Shown in pieces: positions 1 to 9,646 of a stretch of 64,000 bases of DNA. The stretch is from NCBI GenBank assembly GCA_963781885.1, contig CAWAHW010000007.1:544001-608000 (forward strand), given 5' to 3'. This DNA comes from an uncultured Spirochaetota bacterium (GTDB lineage Bacteria > Spirochaetota > Spirochaetia > SZUA-6 > Fen-1364). Every line of letters starts with the position of its first letter. Position 1 is the first letter of the stretch. Position numbers and translations under genes: made by a program. The notes under the pieces are model-generated. The model had not been told where the DNA came from. It ran no database searches and saw only the letters and a program-made list of their open reading frames with translations.

Positions 1-1
1 C

Positions 2-181
2 CTGGAGATCAACCCGACGCATCCCATCGTGACGAAGCTCGCCGCGGCACGCGACGAGGCGGTGATCGACGACATGAGCCGGCTGCTTCTCGAGCAGGCG
101 CTGCTTGTGGAGGGCGCCGAGCTGCCCGACCCCGCGGGTTTCGTGAAGAGGCTGAATCGGGCCCTGGAAAAGTCCCTGTAG
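2..181 (+). CDS. htpG: Chaperone HtpG (Hsp90), C-terminal fragment (5'-truncated by window)
   Basis: Frame 2 reads LEINPTHPIVTKL...LLLEQALLVEGAELPDPAGFVKRLN, the typical HtpG C-terminus; TAG at 179-181. Confidence 0.9.
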   Translation: MEINPTHPIVTKLAAARDEAVIDDMSRLLLEQALLVEGAELPDPAGFVKRLNRALEKSL

Positions 182-260
182 GGGCGCCGCGGCGCCGTGT
201 TCTCCACGGTAGACGCGGTCCTTGTTTTCGGGGAGGATGCACCATGCGGGAGAGGGCCCC

Positions 261-2918
261 TTGAAAAAGTTCCTCGGCGTCCTGGCAAGGATCCTGCTCG
301 CCCTCCTCTCCGTCGTGGTGCTCGCCGGGCTTTTCCTCGTGGGCAGGTGGCTCATCCGGCGCGAGGATCCCACGGCGTTCATCCCCGATTCCTATACGGC
401 CTATCTCCAGGTGCCGTCCATCCGCGGCATCTACGACACCTGGCTGAACCTGGAGGCGGCTGACCTCGTTCTGTCGCGGCCCGAGCTGGCCGCGTATCGA
501 CGGGCGGTGGCAGACGTGCGGGGGCTCGCCCTCACGAAATCCCCCCTGCTCAGGACGCTCCTGGATGTGCACGCTGACGTCCTCCTCCTCAAGGACGGGA
601 AGCTGCTCGCCGTGCTGGACTTGGGCTGGCGCGGCATCGCGAGCCCCCTCGCGCGCATCGTCGGCCCGGTGCTGAATGTCCGGGGCTTCAGCTTCGTCAA
701 TGACGCGGGCACCCCACTCTACACCTACACCACGGGGGGGACCACGATACACGCGGCCTTCGTGGAAAACGTCGCCATCCTTTCCCTCGACGCGGGCGTC
801 GTGAAGGATGCCCTGGAGCGGCGCGCGACGGGGACGGGGCTCGCCATGCGGGCAAGCCGCGACCTCCTGGACCGCATCCGGCTGCGCCGATCCGACGCCA
901 TACGCGTCCTCGTGGACACCGCGGGTCTCTCCACGAGCCTGCTCGCGGGGACACCGGTCGGTGACCGGGTGCTCGGCGCGGTGAAGATTCCCGGCCAGTC
1001 GATGGTCGATGTGACGATGAGCGACACGTCGCTGCATCTTGGGGCCCGGCTCCCGCTGGAGGTCTCGATGCCGGAGCTCGGGAAGACTCTCGCGACGGCA
1101 CCGGCGCCTCTCGGCGTGCTGCGATTCGTGCCAAGCTCCGCGTACCTCCTCACGGTGTCATCGCTTGCCCCGCTGAAAGGCCTGTACCAGCTCGCCGCGG
1201 ACTTCCAGGGCAAGGACGTGCAGGACGTGTTTGCGCGCGCCGATGCGGGCGCCCGCTCCGTCCTGGGCATGGGCATCGACCAGCTTCTCTTCTCGTGGGT
1301 CGGCGCGGAGCTGGGGGCATTCATGCTGCCCACGTCCACGGACCCGGTCTTTTTCGCGCGCATCAGCAGCCAGGAGTCGTTCCAGCGCGCGCTCACCGCG
1401 CTCGCCGGCTCTGCCGTGGCGGGCGCGGACAGCTCCCTCGTGATCGACGGCAGCCGCATCGACCGTCTCACCATCCCGTGGTACGTCGGGCTCATCCTCG
1501 ACGTGCTGGGCGCGAATGTGCCCCAGCCGTATTTCGTCACCCGCGGGGACTACCTCTTCGCCTCGCTGGACGCGACGAATCTCTCCGCCGTCATGAAGGC
1601 AGCCGACACCGGGAGCAACATTGCAGCCGGCAGCCTGTACGCATCGGTCTCCCGCGGCATCCCGTCGGATTCCACGTTCCTGGTCTGGTACGACATCACG
1701 AGGACGGAACCGTTCTTCATCAAGGGCGCGGGGATGTTCGCCGACATCCTGCGGCTGTACACGAGCGGCATGGCGGCGGTGCGCGCCACACCCACCGAGC
1801 TGCAGGTGTCGCTTTCCGCTGCGCGCGTCGCGAGCGGTGGCGCGCGGCTTGCAGCGGGCTTCCCGCTCTCGCCGGAGAAGGGCGTCGGGCAGGACCTTCT
1901 TGCATTCCGCTTCGCCGATTACCGGGCCGCGCGCCTGGCGTGGCTGAAGGCGCCAAACCTGCTCGTGCTCGCCGACGCTGGTGGCGCGCCGATCGCGCAG
2001 GCACAGCTCGACCCCGACACGCGCCTGGTCCCGGAGCCGGCCGCGGACGGCGCGGTCGCCGCGCTCTGGGCGGTATCCCCCGCGGGCACCGTGTGGCGCT
2101 TTGGACCTGCGCTCGTCCCGCAGGCCCCTTTTCCTCTTGCGTCGGGAATCGCAAGCACGATGCCGCCGGTGATGGTGGGTGCAAGCCTCGCCCTTTTCTC
2201 CCGGACCGACGCGGGAATCGTGCTGATCGGACCGGACGGGTCGCGCCGGCTGCTCGCGCAGCACCTGGACGCGCCTCTCCTTGCCGCGCCCGATATCGTC
2301 GGCGGACGGATGGCATTCTATCCCAAGAGCTTCGACGCGCACGTGCATCTCACGGACCTCGACGGGACGGAAGAGCCGGGATGGCCCGTGGCGGCGTCCG
2401 GCATCTCCTTCTGCTCGCCGCGCATCGTGGCAACGGGCGACTCGCTCGACGTCTTTTTCCTCACCCAGGCGGGCGCACTCGATGGCTGGGACGCAACGGG
2501 CGCGCCTCTTCCCTCCTTCCCCCTGAGCTTGCCCGGTGTCTATTACGCGAATCCCGAGGTCGTGTCGGTCGACGGGAAGTCGTGCCTTGCCATCCTCGCC
2601 CAGGATGGAACGCTGTCGCTCGTGGGAACGGACGGGAGCGTCCTGCGTCAGGTCAAGGTTCCCGACGTGGACGGGAAGACGGCGCGCATCTTCATCGGCG
2701 ACGTGAAGCACGACGGCGGCAACGAGATGCTGCTGTACGGGTCCGGTGCATTCATCGCCGGCTACGATACCGCGCTTCGGCCGCTGCCGGGATTTCCCCT
2801 CAAGGGCGTGACCCGGCCCCAGCTCGTCGACCTGGACCAGGATGGCATGCAGGAGCTCGTCACCGCCGGGATCGATGGAAAAATCTACGCGTACGCAATG
2901 ACAAGGACGCGGCAGTGA
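261..2918 (+). CDS. Large membrane-anchored hypothetical protein with C-terminal beta-propeller/FG-GAP-like repeats
   Basis: ORF 222-2918; likely TTG start at 261 after a purine-rich stretch; N-terminal TM helix; repeated GFP/GWPV motifs and DLDQDGMQELV motif at the C-terminus. Confidence 0.65.
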   Translation: MKKFLGVLARILLALLSVVVLAGLFLVGRWLIRREDPTAFIPDSYTAYLQVPSIRGIYDTWLNLEAADLVLSRPELAAYRRAVADVRGLALTKSPLLRTLLDVHADVLLLKDGKLLAVLDLGWRGIASPLARIVGPVLNVRGFSFVNDAGTPLYTYTTGGTTIHAAFVENVAILSLDAGVVKDALERRATGTGLAMRASRDLLDRIRLRRSDAIRVLVDTAGLSTSLLAGTPVGDRVLGAVKIPGQSMVDVTMSDTSLHLGARLPLEVSMPELGKTLATAPAPLGVLRFVPSSAYLLTVSSLAPLKGLYQLAADFQGKDVQDVFARADAGARSVLGMGIDQLLFSWVGAELGAFMLPTSTDPVFFARISSQESFQRALTALAGSAVAGADSSLVIDGSRIDRLTIPWYVGLILDVLGANVPQPYFVTRGDYLFASLDATNLSAVMKAADTGSNIAAGSLYASVSRGIPSDSTFLVWYDITRTEPFFIKGAGMFADILRLYTSGMAAVRATPTELQVSLSAARVASGGARLAAGFPLSPEKGVGQDLLAFRFADYRAARLAWLKAPNLLVLADAGGAPIAQAQLDPDTRLVPEPAADGAVAALWAVSPAGTVWRFGPALVPQAPFPLASGIASTMPPVMVGASLALFSRTDAGIVLIGPDGSRRLLAQHLDAPLLAAPDIVGGRMAFYPKSFDAHVHLTDLDGTEEPGWPVAASGISFCSPRIVATGDSLDVFFLTQAGALDGWDATGAPLPSFPLSLPGVYYANPEVVSVDGKSCLAILAQDGTLSLVGTDGSVLRQVKVPDVDGKTARIFIGDVKHDGGNEMLLYGSGAFIAGYDTALRPLPGFPLKGVTRPQLVDLDQDGMQELVTAGIDGKIYAYAMTRTRQ

Positions 2919-3997
2919 AGGGGAAGGGACCGTCGCCGGTCTTTTTCGCGTGTGCGTCGTTCGCCCTCCTCCTGCTCGCATCCTGCGCGAGCGCGCCGGT
3001 CACTCCCGCGGTGGAGACCCCGGCGGAACAGGAAACCGCCACGCTGGACGTCTTCACTTCCCGCCTGCTCGACATCGAGATCACACCCGACCGCGCGCGT
3101 CTTTTCGCGCTGCGCACGGAGCTGGACCGGGCCGCGGCGCTTCCGGGGGCGAGCCGGCACGACCAGGCGGTCCTGGAGAGCCTTCGCGCCGAGGCCGCTT
3201 TCCAGGCCGGCGACCAGGCTGCCGCGCGGAGGCTCGTGGAAAGCGCCGCCGGTATGTCGCAGGTGGTGGAGGGCGTCTGGGTCGTGCGCGCGGCCCTCGA
3301 GCCGGATCCCGCCCGGAGCCTCGCGCTCCTGGAAAAGGGAATCGCCGTGTCCGACCAGACGGCGCGGCTGCTCTGCCTCCGCGGGCAGGCGCTCCTCAAG
3401 GCCGGCCGTTATGCCGAGGCCGCCCAGGACCTCGACGAAGGCCTGCGGTCGCTGGACGAGCGCTACCGCGCATTGTACGGGCCCGACCGCGAGCGCGCAT
3501 TTTCCCTTGCCCGGGTCGCGCGCGACACCGGCGGCGGGAATCCCGGCGTGCAGCCGCTTCCGCCGGACGGCGTGCTGACCTTCCGCGCCATGGTGGAGCA
3601 GGCTCTCACGCAGACGAGCCTCCTTGCGTCGCTCGGCCCCGCGGCGAGCCCGAGCTTTGCGGGCATCCTGCCGTCCCTCGTCTCGGCGGGTCTGCTGCGC
3701 GATCCGTCGGTGTCCCCGGATACCGCGGCGCCCCGCAAGGACGTTGCGTATTTTCTCTGGGGCCTTGTCGCACGCTCCGAGCACGACCCGACGCTGCTCA
3801 CGCGCTACCGGCGGAAATACGCGGTGAGCCCGGTCGCGGATGTCTCCGTCGATGCGCCCTGGTTCGACGCCGTACTTGGCACCGTGGAGAGGGAGATCAT
3901 CGATCTACCGGATGGAATGAATTTCAAGCCCGACGATCCGGTCACCGGGCTTGAGTACCGGGAAATGCTCGCAAAGCTCGCCGCTCTGTACCGCTGA
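2915..3997 (+). CDS. Lipoprotein with TPR repeats and C-terminal SLH-like domain
   Basis: GTGA overlap with upstream stop; lipobox LLASC; TPR-like LRGQALLKAGRYAEAAQDL; SLH-like ADVSVDAPWFDAV...FKPDDPVTGLE. Confidence 0.7.
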   Translation: MKGKGPSPVFFACASFALLLLASCASAPVTPAVETPAEQETATLDVFTSRLLDIEITPDRARLFALRTELDRAAALPGASRHDQAVLESLRAEAAFQAGDQAAARRLVESAAGMSQVVEGVWVVRAALEPDPARSLALLEKGIAVSDQTARLLCLRGQALLKAGRYAEAAQDLDEGLRSLDERYRALYGPDRERAFSLARVARDTGGGNPGVQPLPPDGVLTFRAMVEQALTQTSLLASLGPAASPSFAGILPSLVSAGLLRDPSVSPDTAAPRKDVAYFLWGLVARSEHDPTLLTRYRRKYAVSPVADVSVDAPWFDAVLGTVEREIIDLPDGMNFKPDDPVTGLEYREMLAKLAALYR

Positions 3998-4089
3998 GGG
4001 CATGCAGGCGCACAGAGGGCTGCGCGACCCCTTCCTTTGCGGGCAAAAATAGGGTACTCTCCCATGATACCCCAGGAGGCAAAAAAAGA

Positions 4090-4473
4090 ATGAAGCTGAC
4101 GGTCGAGCAGGTTGCAAAATTGACGAAGTTGTCCGTTCCCACCCTTCGTGTCTATGCGTCCCGGCAGAAGCTGGGAAAAAAAGAGGGGAACAAGCGATAT
4201 TTCTCGCAGGATGATGTCAAGAAGTTGTTGAAGGGGGCTTCTTCTGCACCGGCAAAAAAAGCGCCGGCGAAGTCCGCGAAAAAGGCGGCGAAGAAAGTCG
4301 CCAGCAAGCCGGCCAAGGCTCCCCGCAAGACAACGGCGGCGCCCGCGGCAAAGCACGCCGAGCCCGTGAAGACACAGAAGACCGAAAGAAAGTCCTTCTG
4401 GAGCTTTCTCCAGCGCAAACCGAAGGAGAAGGTGACCCTGATGGACGCGAAGGGAATCCGGCGACAGGCGTAG
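4090..4473 (+). CDS. Small basic DNA-binding protein: MerR/excisionase-like HTH + PAKK-rich linker + aromatic amphipathic segment
   Basis: SD GGAGG upstream; LTVEQVAKLTKLSVPTLRVY...KRYFSQDDV; AKK/PAK repeats; KSFWSFLQRK. Confidence 0.75.
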   Translation: MKLTVEQVAKLTKLSVPTLRVYASRQKLGKKEGNKRYFSQDDVKKLLKGASSAPAKKAPAKSAKKAAKKVASKPAKAPRKTTAAPAAKHAEPVKTQKTERKSFWSFLQRKPKEKVTLMDAKGIRRQA

Positions 4474-4564
4474 TACCGGTCGGAAGGATCCGCCGGATCC
4501 GGATGACGCGCAGGTGTGCGCTTTCCTTCCCCCTGCTTCCCGACAGACTGAAAAGAGAGGCTCC

Positions 4565-5401
4565 GTGCCGCGCCGCCTGAGTGACGGCGTTTTCCGTCGT
4601 CGCCTCATCGCGATCGATGCGCGTCTTCTTGCGCGCGCCGACGATGCCATGACGGCCGATCTCCTGTGGCTGGGGCGCCTCTATCGCATCGTCGCGGTCG
4701 GCGCCACGGCGCGCGGGCCCGCCGCCTGGGCGGACATCGAGTACATGGCAGGGCGGGACGTGGCGGTGAGCCGGGGCGCACCGCCGGTCGAGGCCTACGC
4801 CTCGTGGGGCGTCGGCACGACGCCCGCGCAGGGCCTCGGCCGGGTCATTCCCTGCACGACGCCGCGCGCCGCCGCGCAGGCGCTGCGCGAAATCCGCCGG
4901 CAGGAAACGGAGTCCGCCATCATCATTGACGACGAGCTCCTGCGCGCGCGCGTCGGCCTCATGAGGAGCCGCGGGGAGCACGTCGTCTTCACCAACGGCA
5001 TTTTCGACCTGCTCCACATCGGGCACGTGCGGCTCCTGGAAGGCGCGCGCGCGCTTGGCGACCGGCTCATCGTCGGCATCAACAGCGACGATTCGACGCG
5101 CGCGCTCAAAGGAGGCACCCGTCCCGTGGTTCCCCAGTTCGCCCGGGCGGAGCTCCTCACGCGGCTGCGCAGCGTGGATTGCTGCTTCATCTACCCCGAC
5201 GCCGATCCGAAGAGAGCCCTTTCCCTCATCCGCCCGGACGTCCTTGCCAAGGGAGCTGACTACACGATGGCACGCATCGTCGGCGCCCATTTTGTCCGTG
5301 GATACGGAGGCAGGGTCGTGCGCCTGCCGCTCGTGACCGGCTCCTCGACGACCTCGACGATACGGAGCATCACCGCGTTGCATCGTCCCCGTCGCGCGTG
5401 A
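4565..5401 (+). CDS. Cytidylyltransferase-like nucleotidyltransferase (RfaE2/HldE domain II-like) with divergent N-terminal domain
   Basis: VFTNGIFDLLHIGH, GINSDDS, RPDVLAKGADY, SSTTS motifs; start uncertain (4514 or 4565). Confidence 0.8.
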   Translation: MPRRLSDGVFRRRLIAIDARLLARADDAMTADLLWLGRLYRIVAVGATARGPAAWADIEYMAGRDVAVSRGAPPVEAYASWGVGTTPAQGLGRVIPCTTPRAAAQALREIRRQETESAIIIDDELLRARVGLMRSRGEHVVFTNGIFDLLHIGHVRLLEGARALGDRLIVGINSDDSTRALKGGTRPVVPQFARAELLTRLRSVDCCFIYPDADPKRALSLIRPDVLAKGADYTMARIVGAHFVRGYGGRVVRLPLVTGSSTTSTIRSITALHRPRRA

Positions 5402-5412
5402 ACGCGCGGGTC

Positions 5413-5441
5413 TTTACACCACAGGCGCCAGTCGTTAGGCT
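5413..5441 (+). promoter_or_regulatory. sigma70-type promoter
   Basis: TTTACA-17 bp-TAGGCT upstream of the STAS gene. Confidence 0.55.
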
Positions 5442-5473
5442 TTTCAATCACGCATCCCTCTGAGGAGTGAAGA

Positions 5474-6457
5474 ATGCTCAAGTTGAGGAGGCGCGCTTCC
5501 CGCACGCCTGAGAATGAACAGGAGGGCATCAGCATCGCCACGCGTCCGATCGAAGGGCTCGCGCACGGAGCCATCGTGTCCGTGCGGGGAGGCGTGGATG
5601 CCCTGGACGGGAAGGTCCTTGCGGCCCGGCTGCACGAGCTCGTGCGCGGATCGCATCTCTGTCTCGCCGTCGACCTTCACGGTGTGCACGTGCTGACGGA
5701 GCGGGGCCTGGTCGGGGCGCTCCTGGCCGCGCGCGCGCATCTGCGCAGCCGCGGCGGTCACCTCGTGCTTTTCGGCCTCCGCAAGGGCGCGGCGGCGGCG
5801 TTCTCCCTCCTCTACCGAAGCAGCGAGCTGAGGCTTTTTTCTACCGCGGCGGCGGCCGTGCGGGCGCTCCGCGCGGAGAGCGCCGACCCCGTCCCGCTTG
5901 CCCGCGAGATACCCGGCTTCCAGCCTTCAATCGAAGCACTGACGCTCGCCATTGAAAGGGCGGAGGACATCGACCGCTGCGCGATCGTCCGATGTGCGGG
6001 TCGCCTCACGGAAAAGGCCACGACGCCCTTCTGGTACGACCTGGACAGGATCGCCGAGTTCGGCTTTACGCGGCTCGTGCTGGACTGCACCCGCCTGGTG
6101 TGGGGCAGCGTGCGCGGCGCGGCGGAGTTCTGCAAATCGTTCATGCTGAGCCACGCCGGATGCATCGCGCTGTTCGGGCACGCGCCCATGGCACGGCTCC
6201 TGACCGCGGACGGCGCAATGCCCGGTTGCAACAGCTTCTGGTGTGACGACGAAGCCTCGGCGCTCGCGATTTTCAGGAAGCTCGATGAGCCCCGAAACGC
6301 GCCGGGCGCGCGGACCGCGGCAAGCCGTTGCCCGAAATGCGGGAGAGAGCTCGGCACGTCCGGACCGGGCATTCATTCCTGCGCGGGGTGCGGCGCGGTC
6401 GTCGTGACCGATGTGTTCGCGGAAGCGCGGCTCCTGCCCGATGAGGTTTCGGCCTGA
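5474..6457 (+). CDS. Tandem STAS (anti-anti-sigma-like) protein with C-terminal Zn ribbon
   Basis: Two STAS-like repeats (VRGGVDA..LAVDLHGV; RCAGRLT..LVLDCTRL) and CPKC-x12-CAGC; SD GAGGAG. Confidence 0.65.
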   Translation: MLKLRRRASRTPENEQEGISIATRPIEGLAHGAIVSVRGGVDALDGKVLAARLHELVRGSHLCLAVDLHGVHVLTERGLVGALLAARAHLRSRGGHLVLFGLRKGAAAAFSLLYRSSELRLFSTAAAAVRALRAESADPVPLAREIPGFQPSIEALTLAIERAEDIDRCAIVRCAGRLTEKATTPFWYDLDRIAEFGFTRLVLDCTRLVWGSVRGAAEFCKSFMLSHAGCIALFGHAPMARLLTADGAMPGCNSFWCDDEASALAIFRKLDEPRNAPGARTAASRCPKCGRELGTSGPGIHSCAGCGAVVVTDVFAEARLLPDEVSA

Positions 6458-6475
6458 CCACGGACCGCGGAGCCT

Positions 6476-7300
6476 TCAGTCCCAGATCCCCTCGATGCGC
6501 TGCGCCCGGGCTGCCTCTCCAAGGGGAGGCAGGCGGTCGATGTCCTCGATGAGGCGCAGGAGAGAGTAGTGGGTGATGGGAAGGGACGAAACGGTGTGCT
6601 GGACGTGCGCCCCGTAAAGCACGGTAAAAAGGGGCGTCGTCGCGACCGGCGCGCTGCCGTCGCATTCGTCGAAGGTGACGACGAGCAGGCTGTCGTGGGT
6701 GAGCGCCCACTGGGCATAGCTTCCCAGCTTTGCCTGGAGCCATGCGTCGCCCTGCGCGACGCTTCCGTCGTGCATGTCGTCGTCGAGATTCGGTATGACG
6801 AAGCTCACGGCGGGAAGCTGCGCGAAGTCCGCCGGGAAGCTCGTGAAGGGAAGATTGACGGAGTCCGGCGCATTGGTGAAGCTCGCGCAGGGGTTGTGCT
6901 TGCGCGCGTAGCGGCCCGACGTGAACACGCGCGGGCTCGCGGGGGGCAGGTCCTCGCTGTACGTGGCAAAGCCCCGCCCGGCGTCGAGCAGGCTCGTGGC
7001 GAGGTTTGGCGCCGTGATGTCATGCTGATTGTCGTCGGTGACGCCGTTCAAGGATCCGCTGAAAAGCGCGATGTAATTCGGCTGGCTGGGATGCGCAATG
7101 CCATAGGAGCGCGCCATGAATGCCCCGCCGGCTTTCAGGGATGCAAGGTACGGAGCGGACTCCACCTGTGCGGCCGACTTGTTCTCCTCTATCGCGATGA
7201 CGATATGGTCATAACCCGGCGGGTCCGCGGATGCCGTCCCCCCGCAGGAAATCGTGAAAAGGCACAGGGCCGCGCCGAGCAAGAGAACGTCCGCTTTCAC
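6476..7300 (-). CDS. Phosphoesterase-family acid phosphatase, lipoprotein
   Basis: DHIVIAIEEN, HPSQPNYIALFSG, YARKHNP, DMHDG, VTFDE motifs; lipobox ISC; GTG start after GGAGG. Confidence 0.85.
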   Translation of the reverse strand: MKADVLLLGAALCLFTISCGGTASADPPGYDHIVIAIEENKSAAQVESAPYLASLKAGGAFMARSYGIAHPSQPNYIALFSGSLNGVTDDNQHDITAPNLATSLLDAGRGFATYSEDLPPASPRVFTSGRYARKHNPCASFTNAPDSVNLPFTSFPADFAQLPAVSFVIPNLDDDMHDGSVAQGDAWLQAKLGSYAQWALTHDSLLVVTFDECDGSAPVATTPLFTVLYGAHVQHTVSSLPITHYSLLRLIEDIDRLPPLGEAARAQRIEGIWD

Positions 7301-7397
7301 CTTGTTCCTCCGCGATAGTGTACCATAGCCCGAAGCGGCGCGACGCGCCATCGTGCCCGTCTGCCTTCACCGCACCAGGAGAAGCGGGTTCCCCGCG

Positions 7398-9479
7398 TCA
7401 GGCTTTGTGGCGCGAGGCGACCTGCGCGCCGATGGCGTCGCCGATCTTCTTGAGGTAGAAGCGTGCTGCCTGGTCGGTCGGATCGGCTTCCAGGACCGCG
7501 TTGAACCCCGTTCGCGCCTGGCGGTACCGGCGCGTCTCGAAGCATCGCAGGGCCTCTTCGAACACCGCGCGCGTACGGATGCGCACGACGTCCGGCGCAT
7601 CGATGATCTCGAACACCGTGACCGCCCGGAGCTTTCCCTTTACCCGCACCCTGCCCAGACGCCGATGGGGAAGCTGGGCTGCCTCGGGACACGCGATGAG
7701 CAGGTCCTCGCTCACGATGATCCACGAGCCGAACGCGCGCGTGAGCCCCTCCAGGCGCGAGGCGAGATTCACCGCGTCGGAGATGACCGTTCCCTCCATG
7801 CGCGATGTCTCCCCGATCGTCCCGAGCATGAGGGAACCGGTGTTGATCCCGACGCCGATTCCGATCGGGCGGTAGCCGGAGTTCGCGCGATGCCCGTTGA
7901 ACACCCGCACGGTCTCCATCAGCTCGAGGCCCGTGCGCACCGCGTCCATCGGCGTCCGGGGGAAGAGGGCCATGATGCCGTCGCCGAGGTACTTGTCGAT
8001 GAATCCCCTGTTGCGGCGGACGACCGGGGAGATCCTGCTCAGGTACGAGTTGAGGAAGTTGAAGTTCTCCGTCGGCGTCATGCCCTCCGACAGCGTCGTG
8101 AACGCGCGGATGTCCGCAAAGAGGATCGTCATCTCCAGCTCGATCTGGTCGCCGAGATTCACGTTCTCGATGGACTCCTTTCCCAGGAGGCCGAGGAACT
8201 CGCGCGGTACGAAACGGCCGTAGGACGTCGCCAGCCCGGCGGCTCTCTTCGATTGGTCCCGCGCAGAGACATATGCCAGGGCGTAGCGGCGCGCGATGAG
8301 GCCGGACTGGAGAAAGACGAAGACGACCATCGCGTAGGAGGTGATGAAGATGCCGCCCGCATGGCTCTGGTCCAAGAGGATGTCGTAGATCGCGCTGGCA
8401 AGCATGAAGAGGAAACCGATCAGCATCAGGAGCGCCCCGTCCCTTCGGGCCACGAGCGCGCGCACGATCCAGACCATGATGAGAAGGCCCTCGCAGAGGA
8501 GGAAGATCTCGTAATAGAAATGCGCCGGCACGATGAGCGTGATCGGAGCAAAGATCACGAAGGCGCAGAAGGCGGCGTTGATCGCGACGAGGGGCGCGAG
8601 AAGGAACCGGATGCGCTCCTGGGGAAAGAGGTGCGTGAAGTAAAGGTAGATCGCGAGCCCCGCGATATACACCGTGGCGAACTCCATCGCGATCAGGGTG
8701 TGGAATCCCATGCCGGCGGCGAACTGGTGGAGGAGCCGCGTCCCGGTGAGCGCACCGCGCAGGGCGAGATCGACGGAGAGGATGCCGAAGTACAGCGATG
8801 CCCGCTCGTCGGGATGGAGGATGGCGAGAAGGATATGGTAGAGCCCCATCATGAGGATGGCCGCGTAGATGATCGCGTCTAGGAGCGTATCGCGGGTCGT
8901 TGCTTTCGCCACGGAGGCCTGCAGACCGATTGCGGGGGCCTCCACCATGCCGGCAACGGTGTCCTCCGCATTGCTCACCTGCAGCACGATTTCCAGCCGG
9001 CCCCGGGCGCTCAGGTAGACGCTGCGGGGCGCGTACGAGCCGCGTGTATCCTCGGGATCGGCCGATACGCCTCCATTTTCCAAAAGGAGCACACCATTGC
9101 CGTAGAGCCGATACGCGGTGGCGATCCGCGAAAGCGAAAGCCCGATCGGCTCCTCGAAACCGGAGGGCAGAAGCACCACGAGGCGGTATGTGGCATATCC
9201 CGCGGCGGCGTAGCCCGATTCGTGCGCGGTCCACGATCCCGGAACCGCGATCGTCGTCCCGTCATGCCGCGGCGCGGAGAAATCCCCGGGGACGAGCAAG
9301 CGCCGCCAAAAGAATTGCCAATCGCCGGCAAGGGATGCGCCCGCCCGCAGGTCTGCCTCGCTCAGCGTGATGACGCCGTTGCGGGCGACGGGGGCCGCGG
9401 CGACGTACACCGACGCGCCCAGCGCAAGAGCGGCCACGAGGGCAAGGCGCGCGAGGACGTGATGCGGCGAATGGCTCAT
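7398..9479 (-). CDS. Class III adenylate/guanylate cyclase with extracellular sensor domain and 7TM-DISM region
   Basis: FADIRAFT, IDKYLGDGIMALF, GIGINTG, SDAVNLASRLE; several TM helices; signal peptide. Confidence 0.9.
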   Translation of the reverse strand: MSHSPHHVLARLALVAALALGASVYVAAAPVARNGVITLSEADLRAGASLAGDWQFFWRRLLVPGDFSAPRHDGTTIAVPGSWTAHESGYAAAGYATYRLVVLLPSGFEEPIGLSLSRIATAYRLYGNGVLLLENGGVSADPEDTRGSYAPRSVYLSARGRLEIVLQVSNAEDTVAGMVEAPAIGLQASVAKATTRDTLLDAIIYAAILMMGLYHILLAILHPDERASLYFGILSVDLALRGALTGTRLLHQFAAGMGFHTLIAMEFATVYIAGLAIYLYFTHLFPQERIRFLLAPLVAINAAFCAFVIFAPITLIVPAHFYYEIFLLCEGLLIMVWIVRALVARRDGALLMLIGFLFMLASAIYDILLDQSHAGGIFITSYAMVVFVFLQSGLIARRYALAYVSARDQSKRAAGLATSYGRFVPREFLGLLGKESIENVNLGDQIELEMTILFADIRAFTTLSEGMTPTENFNFLNSYLSRISPVVRRNRGFIDKYLGDGIMALFPRTPMDAVRTGLELMETVRVFNGHRANSGYRPIGIGVGINTGSLMLGTIGETSRMEGTVISDAVNLASRLEGLTRAFGSWIIVSEDLLIACPEAAQLPHRRLGRVRVKGKLRAVTVFEIIDAPDVVRIRTRAVFEEALRCFETRRYRQARTGFNAVLEADPTDQAARFYLKKIGDAIGAQVASRHKA

Positions 9480-9562
9480 TTGCCGGAGTATAGGCGCGAA
9501 GGCCGCGCGGGAGAAGTACCGATGTCGGCGCCCTCTCGTGGCGCCGCGGTAAGCCGCGGATT

Positions 9563-9587
9563 GTGGCGCCGCGGCATGCCACGGACT
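9563..9587 (-). repeat. Degenerate copy of the REP-like hairpin
   Basis: Reverse strand reads AGTCCGTGGCAT...GCCAC, matching the core of the repeats at 12893, 19745 and 38972. Confidence 0.45.
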
Positions 9588-9646
9588 CGGGCCCCGGTGA
9601 CGCGCCGGGGAGCGGCCGGTGTTGCAGCTTGTGAGAGGTGGATGAC

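Noticed and set aside
1295-2914. N-terminal 540 aa of the 900-aa ORF 1295-3997
   Set aside because: Arg/Gly-rich off-frame overlap with the real gene; the true start is the GTG at 2915 with a lipoprotein signal
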